Assembly: GCA_964473335.1 (NCBI GenBank) | Contig: CAYYOO010000002.1 | Location: 1 to 52,961, forward strand | Direction of reading: 5' to 3' | Origin: an uncultured Thermoplasmatales archaeon | Lineage (GTDB): Archaea; Thermoplasmatota; E2; DHVEG-1 | DNA: 52,961 nt | Shown: positions 26,808 through 36,327 of the stretch, one piece after another | How positions within the stretch are numbered: position 1 is the first letter of the stretch | Layout: the number at the start of each line of letters is the position of its first letter | Made by a program: the position numbers and the translations under genes | Notes under the pieces: generated by a model | Databases searched by the model: none | What the model was told of the DNA's origin: nothing | What the model saw: only the letters and a program-made list of their open reading frames with translations

Positions 26808-27989
26808 TTACTGATTTCTATAAAAATACATCTTTTTTGATCTGTCATCAATATTTTTTCTTTCACCTATTCTGCTCATAAAATCACTAGCACTCTTTGC
26901 TTGGAATTTAGTTCTATTCTCAGCTTGTTCAACAGTATTTATTTCATGCAAACAAAAACTAAGGGATCGTATCTTCCATCTAAAGTAATATTGTTCAATT
27001 AGTTCTTTTGAATATTTTTTTACAAACCAATAAAGAAGTTCCACCCAGATATTTATGTCAATTCCTTTTGTTCTTTTGTAAAAAGAGTCAAAATCCTTCA
27101 ATTCCTTTAACTGATAGAACATATCATCATGAGTTAGAGGTAATTTTTTCATTAACTTCAAGTTGTTCATGGTTCGATTTACTTCTTTTTTGATATCCAT
27201 ATATGTTTCATCAAATGTAGTATTCTTTTTGAATGGTGAAGAGATCATTGTTATTGGAAAAATTTTTTTTCTAACTGGTAGTTCATAGAAATAATGGACC
27301 ATTCTTATAGCTTCAATAAAACATTCATTGAACATTTTTCTTAGATTTGTAAGGGTTTTTTTACCATGCATCTTTTGCCCTAAATATACTTCTCCCATCC
27401 TATATCCATACATCAAAGATTTCATGGTGATAAATGTATCAATCCCCCAACCTAATGGGGGGTTGATTCCTTTTTTAAATAAATCCTCTAAAACTTCCTT
27501 TTTTAATGAAAGCTCTCCGCCTAGAGGCTGATCTATTTCCCATGCTTGAGGTAAAAACATTGCAATGATCGGTTTTGTGATATGTCTTGTGATTTGCCCG
27601 TCTGCAGGGTTTCTTGAAAATGAAGCCTTGACTATGTCAATGTCTCTATCTATTGGATCAAACAAAAACTGCATCCATTTTGAGATATTTGGATTGTATA
27701 TGTCGCCATCTATAAAAGCAATTTTGTCAAAGTCTTGTTTAAGAGCAGCTATTCCTCCGTTTATCATTCCTATGCCTTTGCCAAATCTGTTTGTTTTGAA
27801 ATATTTTTTTTCAAAAATGATTTCTATTTTTTTCTCTTCTCTTTTTTTAAGTCTTTTGAAGGTTTCTTCATTTGAACCATCAGATATAATGACTTTATCT
27901 ACAACACCTGATTCAATAGCTTGTTCTGCAATTGAAATTGGATTCAAACCTTCATTTTTTGATATTACAAGTAAACAATTACCTGGCAT
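26808..27989 (-). CDS. GT-A fold glycosyltransferase (glucosyl-3-phosphoglycerate-synthase-like) with a C-terminal extension of roughly 150 aa
   Basis: VIISDGSNEET, GKGIGMINGGIAAL and the DxD-type FIDGDIYNP fall in the order seen in GpgS/MpgS-type enzymes. The C-terminal part has no recognised family. Confidence 0.5.
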   Translation of the reverse strand: MPGNCLLVISKNEGLNPISIAEQAIESGVVDKVIISDGSNEETFKRLKKREEKKIEIIFEKKYFKTNRFGKGIGMINGGIAALKQDFDKIAFIDGDIYNPNISKWMQFLFDPIDRDIDIVKASFSRNPADGQITRHITKPIIAMFLPQAWEIDQPLGGELSLKKEVLEDLFKKGINPPLGWGIDTFITMKSLMYGYRMGEVYLGQKMHGKKTLTNLRKMFNECFIEAIRMVHYFYELPVRKKIFPITMISSPFKKNTTFDETYMDIKKEVNRTMNNLKLMKKLPLTHDDMFYQLKELKDFDSFYKRTKGIDINIWVELLYWFVKKYSKELIEQYYFRWKIRSLSFCLHEINTVEQAENRTKFQAKSASDFMSRIGERKNIDDRSKKMYFYRNQ

Positions 27990-28193
27990 TTTTCCCTCTT
28001 TACTCCATTAATTCAATATAAATTACATTACAAACTACAAAAGTTTAACAAACTATAATAAATACTAAATTTACTGCAGTCCATCCTCAAGAAAAGTAAT
28101 AGAACTAGTAATATAAATACTGTGCTATTTTTAGTTAAAAGGTTTATAAATACAAAAAGCATTTGGTAACAATGATTGTTTTAGGTGTAAACC

Positions 28194-29069
28194 ATGAATA
28201 AGGACACAAATATTTATGAAAAATCAAATAAAGAGTTAATGACAGATTTAGAAAATCCTGATTGGAAGAAAAGAGCTAAAGCAATCTATATTTTAAAAAA
28301 CAGAATGGACAAAAAAGTAAATAAAAAACTATTGGAACTTCTTAATGACAAAAATGACAATGTTTGGTTGTCAGTTGTTAATGCTCTCAGACATACAAAA
28401 GATGAAAAACTAGTAAATTCTTTAATAGATAGACTTGAAAATTCAGATAGTGATGAAGTAAGATGGCATGCAGCTTATTACCTGGGTGAAATCGCAGATA
28501 AGAAAGCTGTAGATTATTTATGTAAGGCCTTAAACGATAAATCAACAGATGTTAGACTTAACGCTGCTAAGGCACTTGGTAAAATTGGTGATAAAAATGC
28601 TGTTGATCCTCTTTTAAGGGCGTTAGATGATGAAGAATCCATCGTGAGAAAAGAAGCCATTTCCTCAATAAATCTTATATCGCCAAGAAAACCTGTTTCA
28701 ACTCTTGTAAAATACTTAAAAGATGATAATGAACAGGTTAGATCCTTAGCTGCTATAATAATCGGCAAGACAAAAACAAAGGATTGCTTTGATGAGTTGA
28801 TTGGTAGACTTAACGATGAAAATAATATTGTGAGAGTATCAACAATATATGCACTTGATAAAATAGGGGGAGATGAAATAGTGGAACCTTTAGTTGATGC
28901 CTTAAAAGACCCATATTGGGAGGTTCGAAGTGATGCAGCTAAGGCACTTGGAAATGCAGAGGATGAAAAAGCTGTTGTGCCTTTACTTGAAACATTAAAT
29001 GATGAAAATAACTATGTCAGACATAGTGCATTAAATGCTCTTAAAAAATATAAGATTTTCAAAAAATAA
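28194..29069 (+). CDS. HEAT-repeat (PBS-lyase-type) protein
   Basis: At least seven repeats of the form D-x-x-x-x-VR-x-x-A-x-x-ALG-x-IGD-x-x-AV-x-PL. An AAAGGTTTATAAATA BRE/TATA-like box lies about 45 nt upstream. Confidence 0.75.
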   Translation: MNKDTNIYEKSNKELMTDLENPDWKKRAKAIYILKNRMDKKVNKKLLELLNDKNDNVWLSVVNALRHTKDEKLVNSLIDRLENSDSDEVRWHAAYYLGEIADKKAVDYLCKALNDKSTDVRLNAAKALGKIGDKNAVDPLLRALDDEESIVRKEAISSINLISPRKPVSTLVKYLKDDNEQVRSLAAIIIGKTKTKDCFDELIGRLNDENNIVRVSTIYALDKIGGDEIVEPLVDALKDPYWEVRSDAAKALGNAEDEKAVVPLLETLNDENNYVRHSALNALKKYKIFKK

Positions 29070-29145
29070 CTTTGATTCTATTATGGTAATCTATTAATAA
29101 GACACTTATTATAACAGGTTTTTAATTATTGAAGGTGACGCTGGT

Positions 29146-30384
29146 TTGAGAGATAAATATTATTTATTTTTAGGTTTAATAATACTAACTTTTGCCGTAT
29201 CTACTTCTTTTTGTCTTGCAGATCCAGCTGTGATGATTTCAGATTATGAGTTAGAGCCTAGTATATTTATGCCGGGTGATGAAGGTATCCTTTCTATTAC
29301 AGTTACTAACGGAGAATCCACATCAACTACAACTACTACTGAGACAACAGTTAGTGGCGGCAACACAGATACAACTAGTACCACTGATGTTAATGGGGTT
29401 TTTTTAACAAAGATTTGGATGATCAGTGCATCTGATGGTGATAAAGAAATAAAGGCAAGTGATTATTATTCAGATGTAGGCAGATTGTCTGCTGCAAAAA
29501 GTATTGCTATCGATTTCAAGGTCACAGTTGATGAAAATTTTTCTGAGGGAATATACTTTCCAAAAATTAAGATAAATCCCAGTGGATATAATGTTATAAA
29601 TTATCCTATTAAATTCCAGGTTAGTAATAATACAGTTGATTTGATTTCAAAAAATATTCCTAGCCAAATATCTCAAAGTGGTTCTACTGACATAACAATA
29701 TCAGTTGTGAATAATCGTGAGAACTCTGTGGATGGCGTGCATGTTTATGCTGATGAAATCGAGGGTATAAATTTCATTCCAGATAGCATTTTTGTTGGTT
29801 CACTTGATTCAGATTCCTCTGAAGATGTAACCTTTTCAATTGTCCCAAACAAAGTTGGGAATTATAATTTAAGTTTCAGAGTTGATTTTAAAAATGGTGA
29901 TAATTTACATAATTCTACAGCCATTGTTCCAATTAAGGTTGTTACAAACTATGATGTTGCACCAGTAATTTACTCTTTTCCAGAGACTGTTGTAAAGAAA
30001 GGTAGTGCAGATATAAGACTTGAAGTTTACAATGCAAAGACAGAGGAGATAACCGGTGTTATTGTCAAACCAATTACAAACATCTCAGTTTCTCCATCTG
30101 AGTATTTTATTGGGTCAATGGATCCAGATGATGTTTTTTCAGCAAGTTTTGATATTGATTCAGATAAATTAGAAGTAGGTAAAAATTATAGTGTTGATTT
30201 TAAAGTAACTTTTAAACAAGGTGATAACTACTATGAAACAAAAAGCGTTGGTTCTAGTTTTTATGTTTCTGAAGAATTAGTAAAGCAAAACAATAATTTG
30301 TTAGCATATCTATTTTTGTTTGTCATAATACTGATAGTGCTGATCTTGATCTATCGTTTTTTTAAAAAAAGGCGTCTTAAATGA
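29146..30384 (+). CDS. COG1361-type (CARDB/S-layer-like) surface protein with C-terminal TM anchor
   Basis: TTG start with GAAGGTGA upstream. Signal peptide, Thr-rich tract, beta-sandwich-like repeats (ITVTN..., ISVVNNRE..., LEVYNAK...) and a C-terminal TM followed by KKRR. Confidence 0.55.
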   Translation: MRDKYYLFLGLIILTFAVSTSFCLADPAVMISDYELEPSIFMPGDEGILSITVTNGESTSTTTTTETTVSGGNTDTTSTTDVNGVFLTKIWMISASDGDKEIKASDYYSDVGRLSAAKSIAIDFKVTVDENFSEGIYFPKIKINPSGYNVINYPIKFQVSNNTVDLISKNIPSQISQSGSTDITISVVNNRENSVDGVHVYADEIEGINFIPDSIFVGSLDSDSSEDVTFSIVPNKVGNYNLSFRVDFKNGDNLHNSTAIVPIKVVTNYDVAPVIYSFPETVVKKGSADIRLEVYNAKTEEITGVIVKPITNISVSPSEYFIGSMDPDDVFSASFDIDSDKLEVGKNYSVDFKVTFKQGDNYYETKSVGSSFYVSEELVKQNNNLLAYLFLFVIILIVLILIYRFFKKRRLK

Positions 30385-31070
30385 GAGAAGATGATTTTGT
30401 AATCGTTGCAAAAGATATCAATAAAATTTATGGTAAGGGTAAAAACAAAGTGCATGCCTTAAAGGATGTGAACATCGAAATTAAAAGAGGCGATTACATA
30501 ACAATTATCGGCCCTTCTGGTAGTGGTAAATCAACTTTTATGAATATACTTGGATGTTTGGATAAGCCTACTTCAGGTAAGTTCTTCATTGAAAATACTG
30601 ATGTTTCTACATTAAGTCAAAATAATCTAGCTAAACTTAGACGGGAAAAAATTGGTTTTGTCTTTCAAAAATATAATCTTCTTCCAACTCTTAATGCAAT
30701 TGAAAATGTATCTCTTTCTATGAGCTTTGCTGGTGTTGAGTATAGAAAAAAAATAAAAAGATCCAAGGATTTACTTGAAAAAGTAGGTCTTTCTCATAGG
30801 CTGGATCATAAACCTTCTGAGTTAAGTGGTGGTGAACAACAAAGAGTTGCAATTGCTCGCGCTCTTTCAAATAATCCATCTATTATTCTTGCTGATGAAC
30901 CAACTGGAAATGTTGATTCAAAAAGCGGAAGTAAAATAATGAACATTTTAGAGGAAATCAATAATCAAGGAGAAACTGTAATTGTTGTAACCCACGATCC
31001 AAATGTTGCAAAACGTGGTAGTTGGACCATTCGTATACATGACGGGGTGGTTAGTCCGTATGCTGATTGA
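30381..31070 (+). CDS. ABC transporter ATP-binding protein (MacB/LolD type)
   Basis: Walker [10 protein letters not shown], signature LSGGEQQR, Walker [12 protein letters not shown], and the H-loop VTHD. Confidence 0.9.
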   Translation: MREDDFVIVAKDINKIYGKGKNKVHALKDVNIEIKRGDYITIIGPSGSGKSTFMNILGCLDKPTSGKFFIENTDVSTLSQNNLAKLRREKIGFVFQKYNLLPTLNAIENVSLSMSFAGVEYRKKIKRSKDLLEKVGLSHRLDHKPSELSGGEQQRVAIARALSNNPSIILADEPTGNVDSKSGSKIMNILEEINNQGETVIVVTHDPNVAKRGSWTIRIHDGVVSPYAD

Positions 31071-32280
31071 TAATTTTAAGATCTCGATAAAGAATATCAA
31101 GGAGCGTAAATCACGTGTTGCGTTAACTTTGATTGGTATAGCAATAGGCATTATGGCTATTGTTGCTTTGATGAGTATTGGAGAGGGCATGCAATCAGCT
31201 GTAACTAGTGAACTTTCTTCTTTATCTGATACAATAATTGTTACCACTGGAAGTGTTGATGTAAATCCGATGGGTGGTGGTTTTTCTGGTAACGAAGGTA
31301 CTTTTTTTACCCAAAGAGATATTGATGATATTAGACGGATTGATGGACTTGAAAGTGTAAATCCAATTATGTTTGGCATGGCAACTATTGAATTTAATGG
31401 CGAAAATAAATTTGTTTCTCTTATTGGAATGGAACCTGAAAGCATGGCTGATATTTTTGGAATAGATTTTTTAGGACTATCTGATGGGGAGTTCATGCAA
31501 AATGGCGATCAAAATAAAGGTATAGTTGGTTATAATGTTGCAAATGAATATTTTGATACCAAAATAAGGGTTGGAAATAAAATAAAATTAAACGATCATA
31601 ATTTTTATGTTAATGGTATTTATAAAAAACAAGGCGCTGGTTTTTCAACTGAGACAGATGACTATATTCATCTTTCTGTTAGGGATTTCAAGAAAGTTAC
31701 TGGTCAAGAAAACATTAGTGGAATTTTAGTAAAAGTATCCGATCTCTCTGGTATTGAATCTATTGCTGATAAAATTGAATTTTCTTTAAATGAAAATCAT
31801 GGGTCTAATGATTTTGCAAATGTAATTACTATGTCTTCTATTCTGGAAAGCATTCAAAGTGTTTTATCAATAATTAGCCTATTTTTAGTTGGAATTGCAG
31901 CTATTGCTCTTGTTGTTGCATCCATTGGTATAATGAATACCATGCTTACATCTGTTATGGAAAGGACCCATGAGATCGGTATTATGAAAGCAATTGGTGC
32001 AGACAATTTTGATGTTATGGTTATATTTCTTACAGAAGGTATTTTAATTTCCTTTATTGGAGGTGTTGTGGGAACTATTCTTGGAATTGTTGGAGGCAAA
32101 GTTTTTTCTACTTTGTCATCAAGCAGTGCAGGTCCAGGTATTCCAATCGAGCCATCGGTTTCTATTTTTACAATTAGTCTTGCAATAGGTGTTGCTTTGT
32201 TTGTAGGAATCATATCAAGTTTATATCCAGCAAGAAAAGCAGCTAAAATGAGCCCTATTGAGGCTGTCAGATATGAATAA
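31060..32280 (+). CDS. ABC transporter permease (MacB/FtsX type)
   Basis: Start at [17 protein letters not shown] overlapping the ATPase stop. N-terminal TM, periplasmic-type domain and a C-terminal FtsX-like 3-TM bundle (RTHEIGIMKAIGA). Confidence 0.8.
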   Translation: MLIDNFKISIKNIKERKSRVALTLIGIAIGIMAIVALMSIGEGMQSAVTSELSSLSDTIIVTTGSVDVNPMGGGFSGNEGTFFTQRDIDDIRRIDGLESVNPIMFGMATIEFNGENKFVSLIGMEPESMADIFGIDFLGLSDGEFMQNGDQNKGIVGYNVANEYFDTKIRVGNKIKLNDHNFYVNGIYKKQGAGFSTETDDYIHLSVRDFKKVTGQENISGILVKVSDLSGIESIADKIEFSLNENHGSNDFANVITMSSILESIQSVLSIISLFLVGIAAIALVVASIGIMNTMLTSVMERTHEIGIMKAIGADNFDVMVIFLTEGILISFIGGVVGTILGIVGGKVFSTLSSSSAGPGIPIEPSVSIFTISLAIGVALFVGIISSLYPARKAAKMSPIEAVRYE

Positions 32281-32428
32281 TCATTTTTCAAAAGTAATAT
32301 AAGACATTTGCCGATTAGAATTTGTCTATTAGAACAAATCATATATATTTCGTTTATAGTCGAAAAATTAATCGACAAAAATATAAATGACTTCCTTCTA
32401 ATATATAGATAAGGATTCTTTAAAATGG

Positions 32429-33808
32429 ATGGCTGAAATCTTGATTTCATATGATAAATATTTAAAAGAATTTGAACATTATATTAAGAATTATATTCCA
32501 CCCAAAAAAACTTGGACGCCAGCTGAAAAAGCAGTTTACGGGCCAAAAGATTTTTTTAAGACACCTATAAAAGAGGCAAAGAAACTTAAACTTAATGCAA
32601 TAAAATACCAATTTAAAAATCATTATGAAAACAATAAGATGTACAATGGTTTTTGTAAAGAAATGAAAGTTAAACCAGAAGATATAAAAGAACACAAAGA
32701 CCTTGAAAAAATTCCCTTGGTACCTGGTGAATTCTATAAGGATTATCCTGAAGGAAAAGAATTTGCTCACTGGATTGCAAATATTTTTACTGGTGAAATT
32801 CCAAAGGTTAAGATAAAAGGTAAAAATCCTTCATTTGATCAAATAATAAATTCTTTTAACAACGCAGGTCTAAAAGTTGCTTACAGCAGTGGAACAAGTG
32901 GGATACATACTGTCATACCAAGGGATGAACGAACCTTTAACGCATCTGAATACGCAGTATCTAAAGCAGCAATATCTATGATTTATCCAATGTGGAAATA
33001 TGATTGTAAGGGTTATCTACTTATGCCTAATCCTTTTAAAACAAATGTATTTGCAGGAAAAGTATGCAGTATATATTATGATGCAATATCAGATGTTAAA
33101 TCAGCAATTGACAAACAAATTAACGCTGAAGTAATTAAGCTTAGCATGGGTGGAGAAAGTGGTCTTAAAGCAAAGATAATCAAAAAAGCCATTCAAAGTA
33201 AATACAAAAAAATTGTTAAAGATATTATAAGGTGGCTTGAATATCACTCAAAAAGAGATACAACAATAACATTTGTAGGAGCGCCATTTTTACTTTTTGC
33301 AGTAACAAACGCTTTAAAAGAAAAAGGAAAAACTTTTGATTTTTCAAACAGAGGAGCAATACTCACAGGTGGTGGTTGGAAAGCACAAGAATCACACCGT
33401 ATGCCTGTAGAGGAATTCAGATCCCAGATGCAGGAAGTACTTGGAATTGAACCTAATCATTGTATAGATATATATGGTATGGTTGAGGGAAATGGATGGA
33501 TGGTACATTGCCCTGAAGGTCATTATTTACATATCCCACATACTTATTATCATGTGATGGTCCTTGACGATGAATTCAAACCAATTGGATACAATGAATG
33601 GGGAAGATTTGCATTTATGGATGGATCCACATCAAGTTACCCTGGTTTTATCGTATCAGGGGACAAAGTTAAATTGCTTGAAAGATGTCCTGTGTGTGAT
33701 AGACCAGGACCTGTCCTTGAACCTGAAGTGACAAGAGCCACTGGTAAAGAAATGAGAGGATGTGCCGAAGAAGTAAGAAGAATGATTTCAAAAGACATAG
33801 GAGAGTGA
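32429..33808 (+). CDS. LuxE-like acyl-protein synthetase / adenylate-forming enzyme
   Basis: YSSGTSGIHTVIPRD (SSGT[ST]G adenylation loop), TGGGWK, DIYGMVEGNG (YGxxE-type), and a C-terminal CPVC. Confidence 0.55.
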   Translation: MAEILISYDKYLKEFEHYIKNYIPPKKTWTPAEKAVYGPKDFFKTPIKEAKKLKLNAIKYQFKNHYENNKMYNGFCKEMKVKPEDIKEHKDLEKIPLVPGEFYKDYPEGKEFAHWIANIFTGEIPKVKIKGKNPSFDQIINSFNNAGLKVAYSSGTSGIHTVIPRDERTFNASEYAVSKAAISMIYPMWKYDCKGYLLMPNPFKTNVFAGKVCSIYYDAISDVKSAIDKQINAEVIKLSMGGESGLKAKIIKKAIQSKYKKIVKDIIRWLEYHSKRDTTITFVGAPFLLFAVTNALKEKGKTFDFSNRGAILTGGGWKAQESHRMPVEEFRSQMQEVLGIEPNHCIDIYGMVEGNGWMVHCPEGHYLHIPHTYYHVMVLDDEFKPIGYNEWGRFAFMDGSTSSYPGFIVSGDKVKLLERCPVCDRPGPVLEPEVTRATGKEMRGCAEEVRRMISKDIGE

Positions 33809-33812
33809 AAAA

Positions 33813-34790
33813 TTGACAAGTCTTAAAGAAATGAAAGAAAGAGAATACATACCCCAAAAAATGTATGCCAAACTCTACATTGGAGGTGCACTTTCACTTA
33901 GTAAAACCCTTTTATTTAACTTAGGTGAACTAAAAAAACTTAGAAATCTACCTAAGGATTCTGAAAGATATGTAAGACCTAAAAGAGAATATGAAATACC
34001 AAAATATAAAAAAAATATGAAGGTATCAAATTCAAATGAAAAATATCTTCGCCCTACCTTATATTGTGATCATAGAGAACCTGAAGTAATAGCTCTAGCA
34101 CACAAATTAGGTGCTTTTAAAAAAAGTGATAAGGAATATGCTGAAGCCGCTTTTGAACTTGTAAAAGAAAAAATGACTCTTGAAATATGTGAGATGAACA
34201 GAGTAGGAAAGACCTTAAAAAGAGGAACAGGAACCTGTTTTCATTTGATTACTGCTTTTATTGCATTATGTCGTGCTGCTGGAATAAAAGCAAGATACAA
34301 GGTGTTTGCAATGAATATGATAAAAGCATGGTATGATTCAGTTGTACAAGCAGATCCTCTTATAAAAAAATGGTATGACTCAATGGGTTATTTTATGCTT
34401 GAAGGTGAAGGTGAAGCATATATAGATGGTAAATGGATTGTAGCACATGTTGGTCCAAGAGCAGCAAGACAGGCTGCAGCTGGAATACCTATTACAAATT
34501 TTGGAGAAGATTCAATTGGCAGATGGTTTTTTGCAATACCTGGATCAATTATGAGGATGGAGTCAGTTCCATATGGTTTTTCCGGCTCAACAAAATTTCT
34601 AAAAAAATTAGCTCCAGGTTCAATGGAACGGGTAAACATCAGTATCTTAAAACAAATAAAAAAAGGAGAAAAAATAATCAAAGATGCAGGTGGAATTAAG
34701 GCCTACGATCGAAATGCAAGAAAAGAAAAAGGCCCGAAAAAACCTGATATAAAAATAGAAAAAACAGAAAAAATTGTTTTTGAGGAGTGA
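33813..34790 (+). CDS. Transglutaminase-like (papain-fold) domain protein
   Basis: The core motif GTGTCFHLITAFIALCRAAGIKARY matches the G-x-C...R-x-x-GIPAR signature. TTG start 4 nt after the previous stop. Confidence 0.5.
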   Translation: MTSLKEMKEREYIPQKMYAKLYIGGALSLSKTLLFNLGELKKLRNLPKDSERYVRPKREYEIPKYKKNMKVSNSNEKYLRPTLYCDHREPEVIALAHKLGAFKKSDKEYAEAAFELVKEKMTLEICEMNRVGKTLKRGTGTCFHLITAFIALCRAAGIKARYKVFAMNMIKAWYDSVVQADPLIKKWYDSMGYFMLEGEGEAYIDGKWIVAHVGPRAARQAAAGIPITNFGEDSIGRWFFAIPGSIMRMESVPYGFSGSTKFLKKLAPGSMERVNISILKQIKKGEKIIKDAGGIKAYDRNARKEKGPKKPDIKIEKTEKIVFEE

Positions 34791-34796
34791 TTTTTT

Positions 34797-36269
34797 TTGA
34801 AAAAAAATACTATTTCTTTTCCCGAACCAAACAAAGTAATAAATGAAAAACCATCTTTGAAAAAATATTTGAAATATTTGCTTTTTTTTGGTCCTGGTGC
34901 TATTGTTGCATCAATGACAATTGGCCAAGGTCAACTTATATTAGGTCCACAAATTGGAGCCTGGGCAAAATTTGGCCTTTTATGGATTATAACTGTAAAT
35001 ATTGCATCGTATATTTTTTGTTATATTGGTACTAGGTTCACAATGCTTTCTGGGATAAATGTTATGGATATTTTTTCATACAAGACAAAAAAAGGATGGT
35101 TTAACTGGCTTCTTTTGGTAATTATCTTTATTTTTTTACCTATTTTTACAGCAACAATTATTACAACAGTTGGCCAGTCTTTGTCGTGGATAATTCTTGG
35201 TTCGCCTAATAATAATCTTTATCTTCCTATGGGCATAGCTGTTTGTTTATTAGCTGCATTTCTGATTTTAAATGCTAAATACAAGTTTTTAGAATATATT
35301 CAGGCTTTTTTCATAGTTATTCTTGGTGTTGGAGCAGTAATATCAGGAATTCTTGTTCTACAATCAGTATCAGGTGTTGATTATTTTGATATGTTTATTA
35401 GTTTTTTTAAATTTGGAAATGTTCCAACTTACCCAGCTTGGGTGGATGGTGTTGAAGGTTTTACAAAGACACCTATTCCAATGCTTATGCTAGGTTATCT
35501 AGGTACCCTTACGATCTCTATGATTCCGCTTGTTGGGTATCTTGGATGGATCAAGGTCAAAGGCTGGGGTATTTTTAGAAATAAGAAAGATCCTAATAAA
35601 TTTGAAGAGGAAAGCATAAAGAGATTTAAAAAAGATAAAGGAAAAATTACATATCTTCCAAATTCAGATGAGGAAGTAAAAAAATCAAGAAAGCTCATGA
35701 TACCTTTAAAGGTGGATTTATTTATTGCTTTTATTGTAGTGTCAATTATTTCAGCCGCTTATGTAATATGCGGAGTGTTTTTACTTGGTAATCAGGAAAG
35801 TTTACCTACTGACATAAATCTAATTGAAAAACAAGCAAGAATTTTTACTACTATTTCGCCTTTTTTAAAGCCCCTGTTTCAAGTAAGTGTATTTTTTGCA
35901 TTTTTTGGTACTATATATGCTGGTTTTGAAGCAGCAGCTAGAATGATTTTTCAGACATCTAAAAACATCATTCCTAAAGTAAAAAATATTGAATATAAAA
36001 GATATTTATTGTATCTAATATTGTATGTTCTTCTCACTGGAATTCCATTATCTATTATGATATATAAGGGATTATCTTTCTTTTTGTTGCTTAGCTTAAC
36101 ACTATTATTCATTGGAGTGGTTGGAGTTTTATTTTATGGTATAGCTGTAATCTATATGTCCCAAAAGATTTTACCAGAAAAATATAGGCTAAGTAATTTT
36201 GGCCTTATTCTTGGAATTATTGCGATTGTTTTGATGATAATTCCTTTCCTTGCTTTTGTTTATGGATGA
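34797..36269 (+). CDS. Nramp-related polytopic membrane transporter (non-canonical)
   Basis: GPGAIVASMTIGQGQLILGPQIGAWAKFGLLW parallels the Nramp TM1 block GPG...DPGN...G...LLW, but DPGN is replaced by TIGQ. About 11 TM helices with a Lys-rich cytoplasmic insert. Confidence 0.45.
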   Translation: MKKNTISFPEPNKVINEKPSLKKYLKYLLFFGPGAIVASMTIGQGQLILGPQIGAWAKFGLLWIITVNIASYIFCYIGTRFTMLSGINVMDIFSYKTKKGWFNWLLLVIIFIFLPIFTATIITTVGQSLSWIILGSPNNNLYLPMGIAVCLLAAFLILNAKYKFLEYIQAFFIVILGVGAVISGILVLQSVSGVDYFDMFISFFKFGNVPTYPAWVDGVEGFTKTPIPMLMLGYLGTLTISMIPLVGYLGWIKVKGWGIFRNKKDPNKFEEESIKRFKKDKGKITYLPNSDEEVKKSRKLMIPLKVDLFIAFIVVSIISAAYVICGVFLLGNQESLPTDINLIEKQARIFTTISPFLKPLFQVSVFFAFFGTIYAGFEAAARMIFQTSKNIIPKVKNIEYKRYLLYLILYVLLTGIPLSIMIYKGLSFFLLLSLTLLFIGVVGVLFYGIAVIYMSQKILPEKYRLSNFGLILGIIAIVLMIIPFLAFVYG

Positions 36270-36327
36270 TTTGAATTAATTATAGGAAAAAATATATAAG
36301 AACGCTTAATTATATTTGGTTTAAAAT

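Noticed and set aside
31003-31059. N-terminal extension of the ABC permease ORF
   Set aside because: It overlaps the ATPase C-terminus. The ATG at 31060 overlaps the ATPase stop and starts at the typical MacB/FtsX N-terminus.
30948-32450. Long antisense ORFs 30948..31496(-) and 31854..32450(-)
   Set aside because: They lie entirely opposite the well-supported ABC ATPase and permease genes and have no motifs. They are typical shadow ORFs. The same reasoning applies to the other antisense or nested track ORFs, for example 398..796, 4023..4370, 15654..15875, 16957..17457, 27565..28011, 34388..34681, 42449..42775 and 45126..45509.
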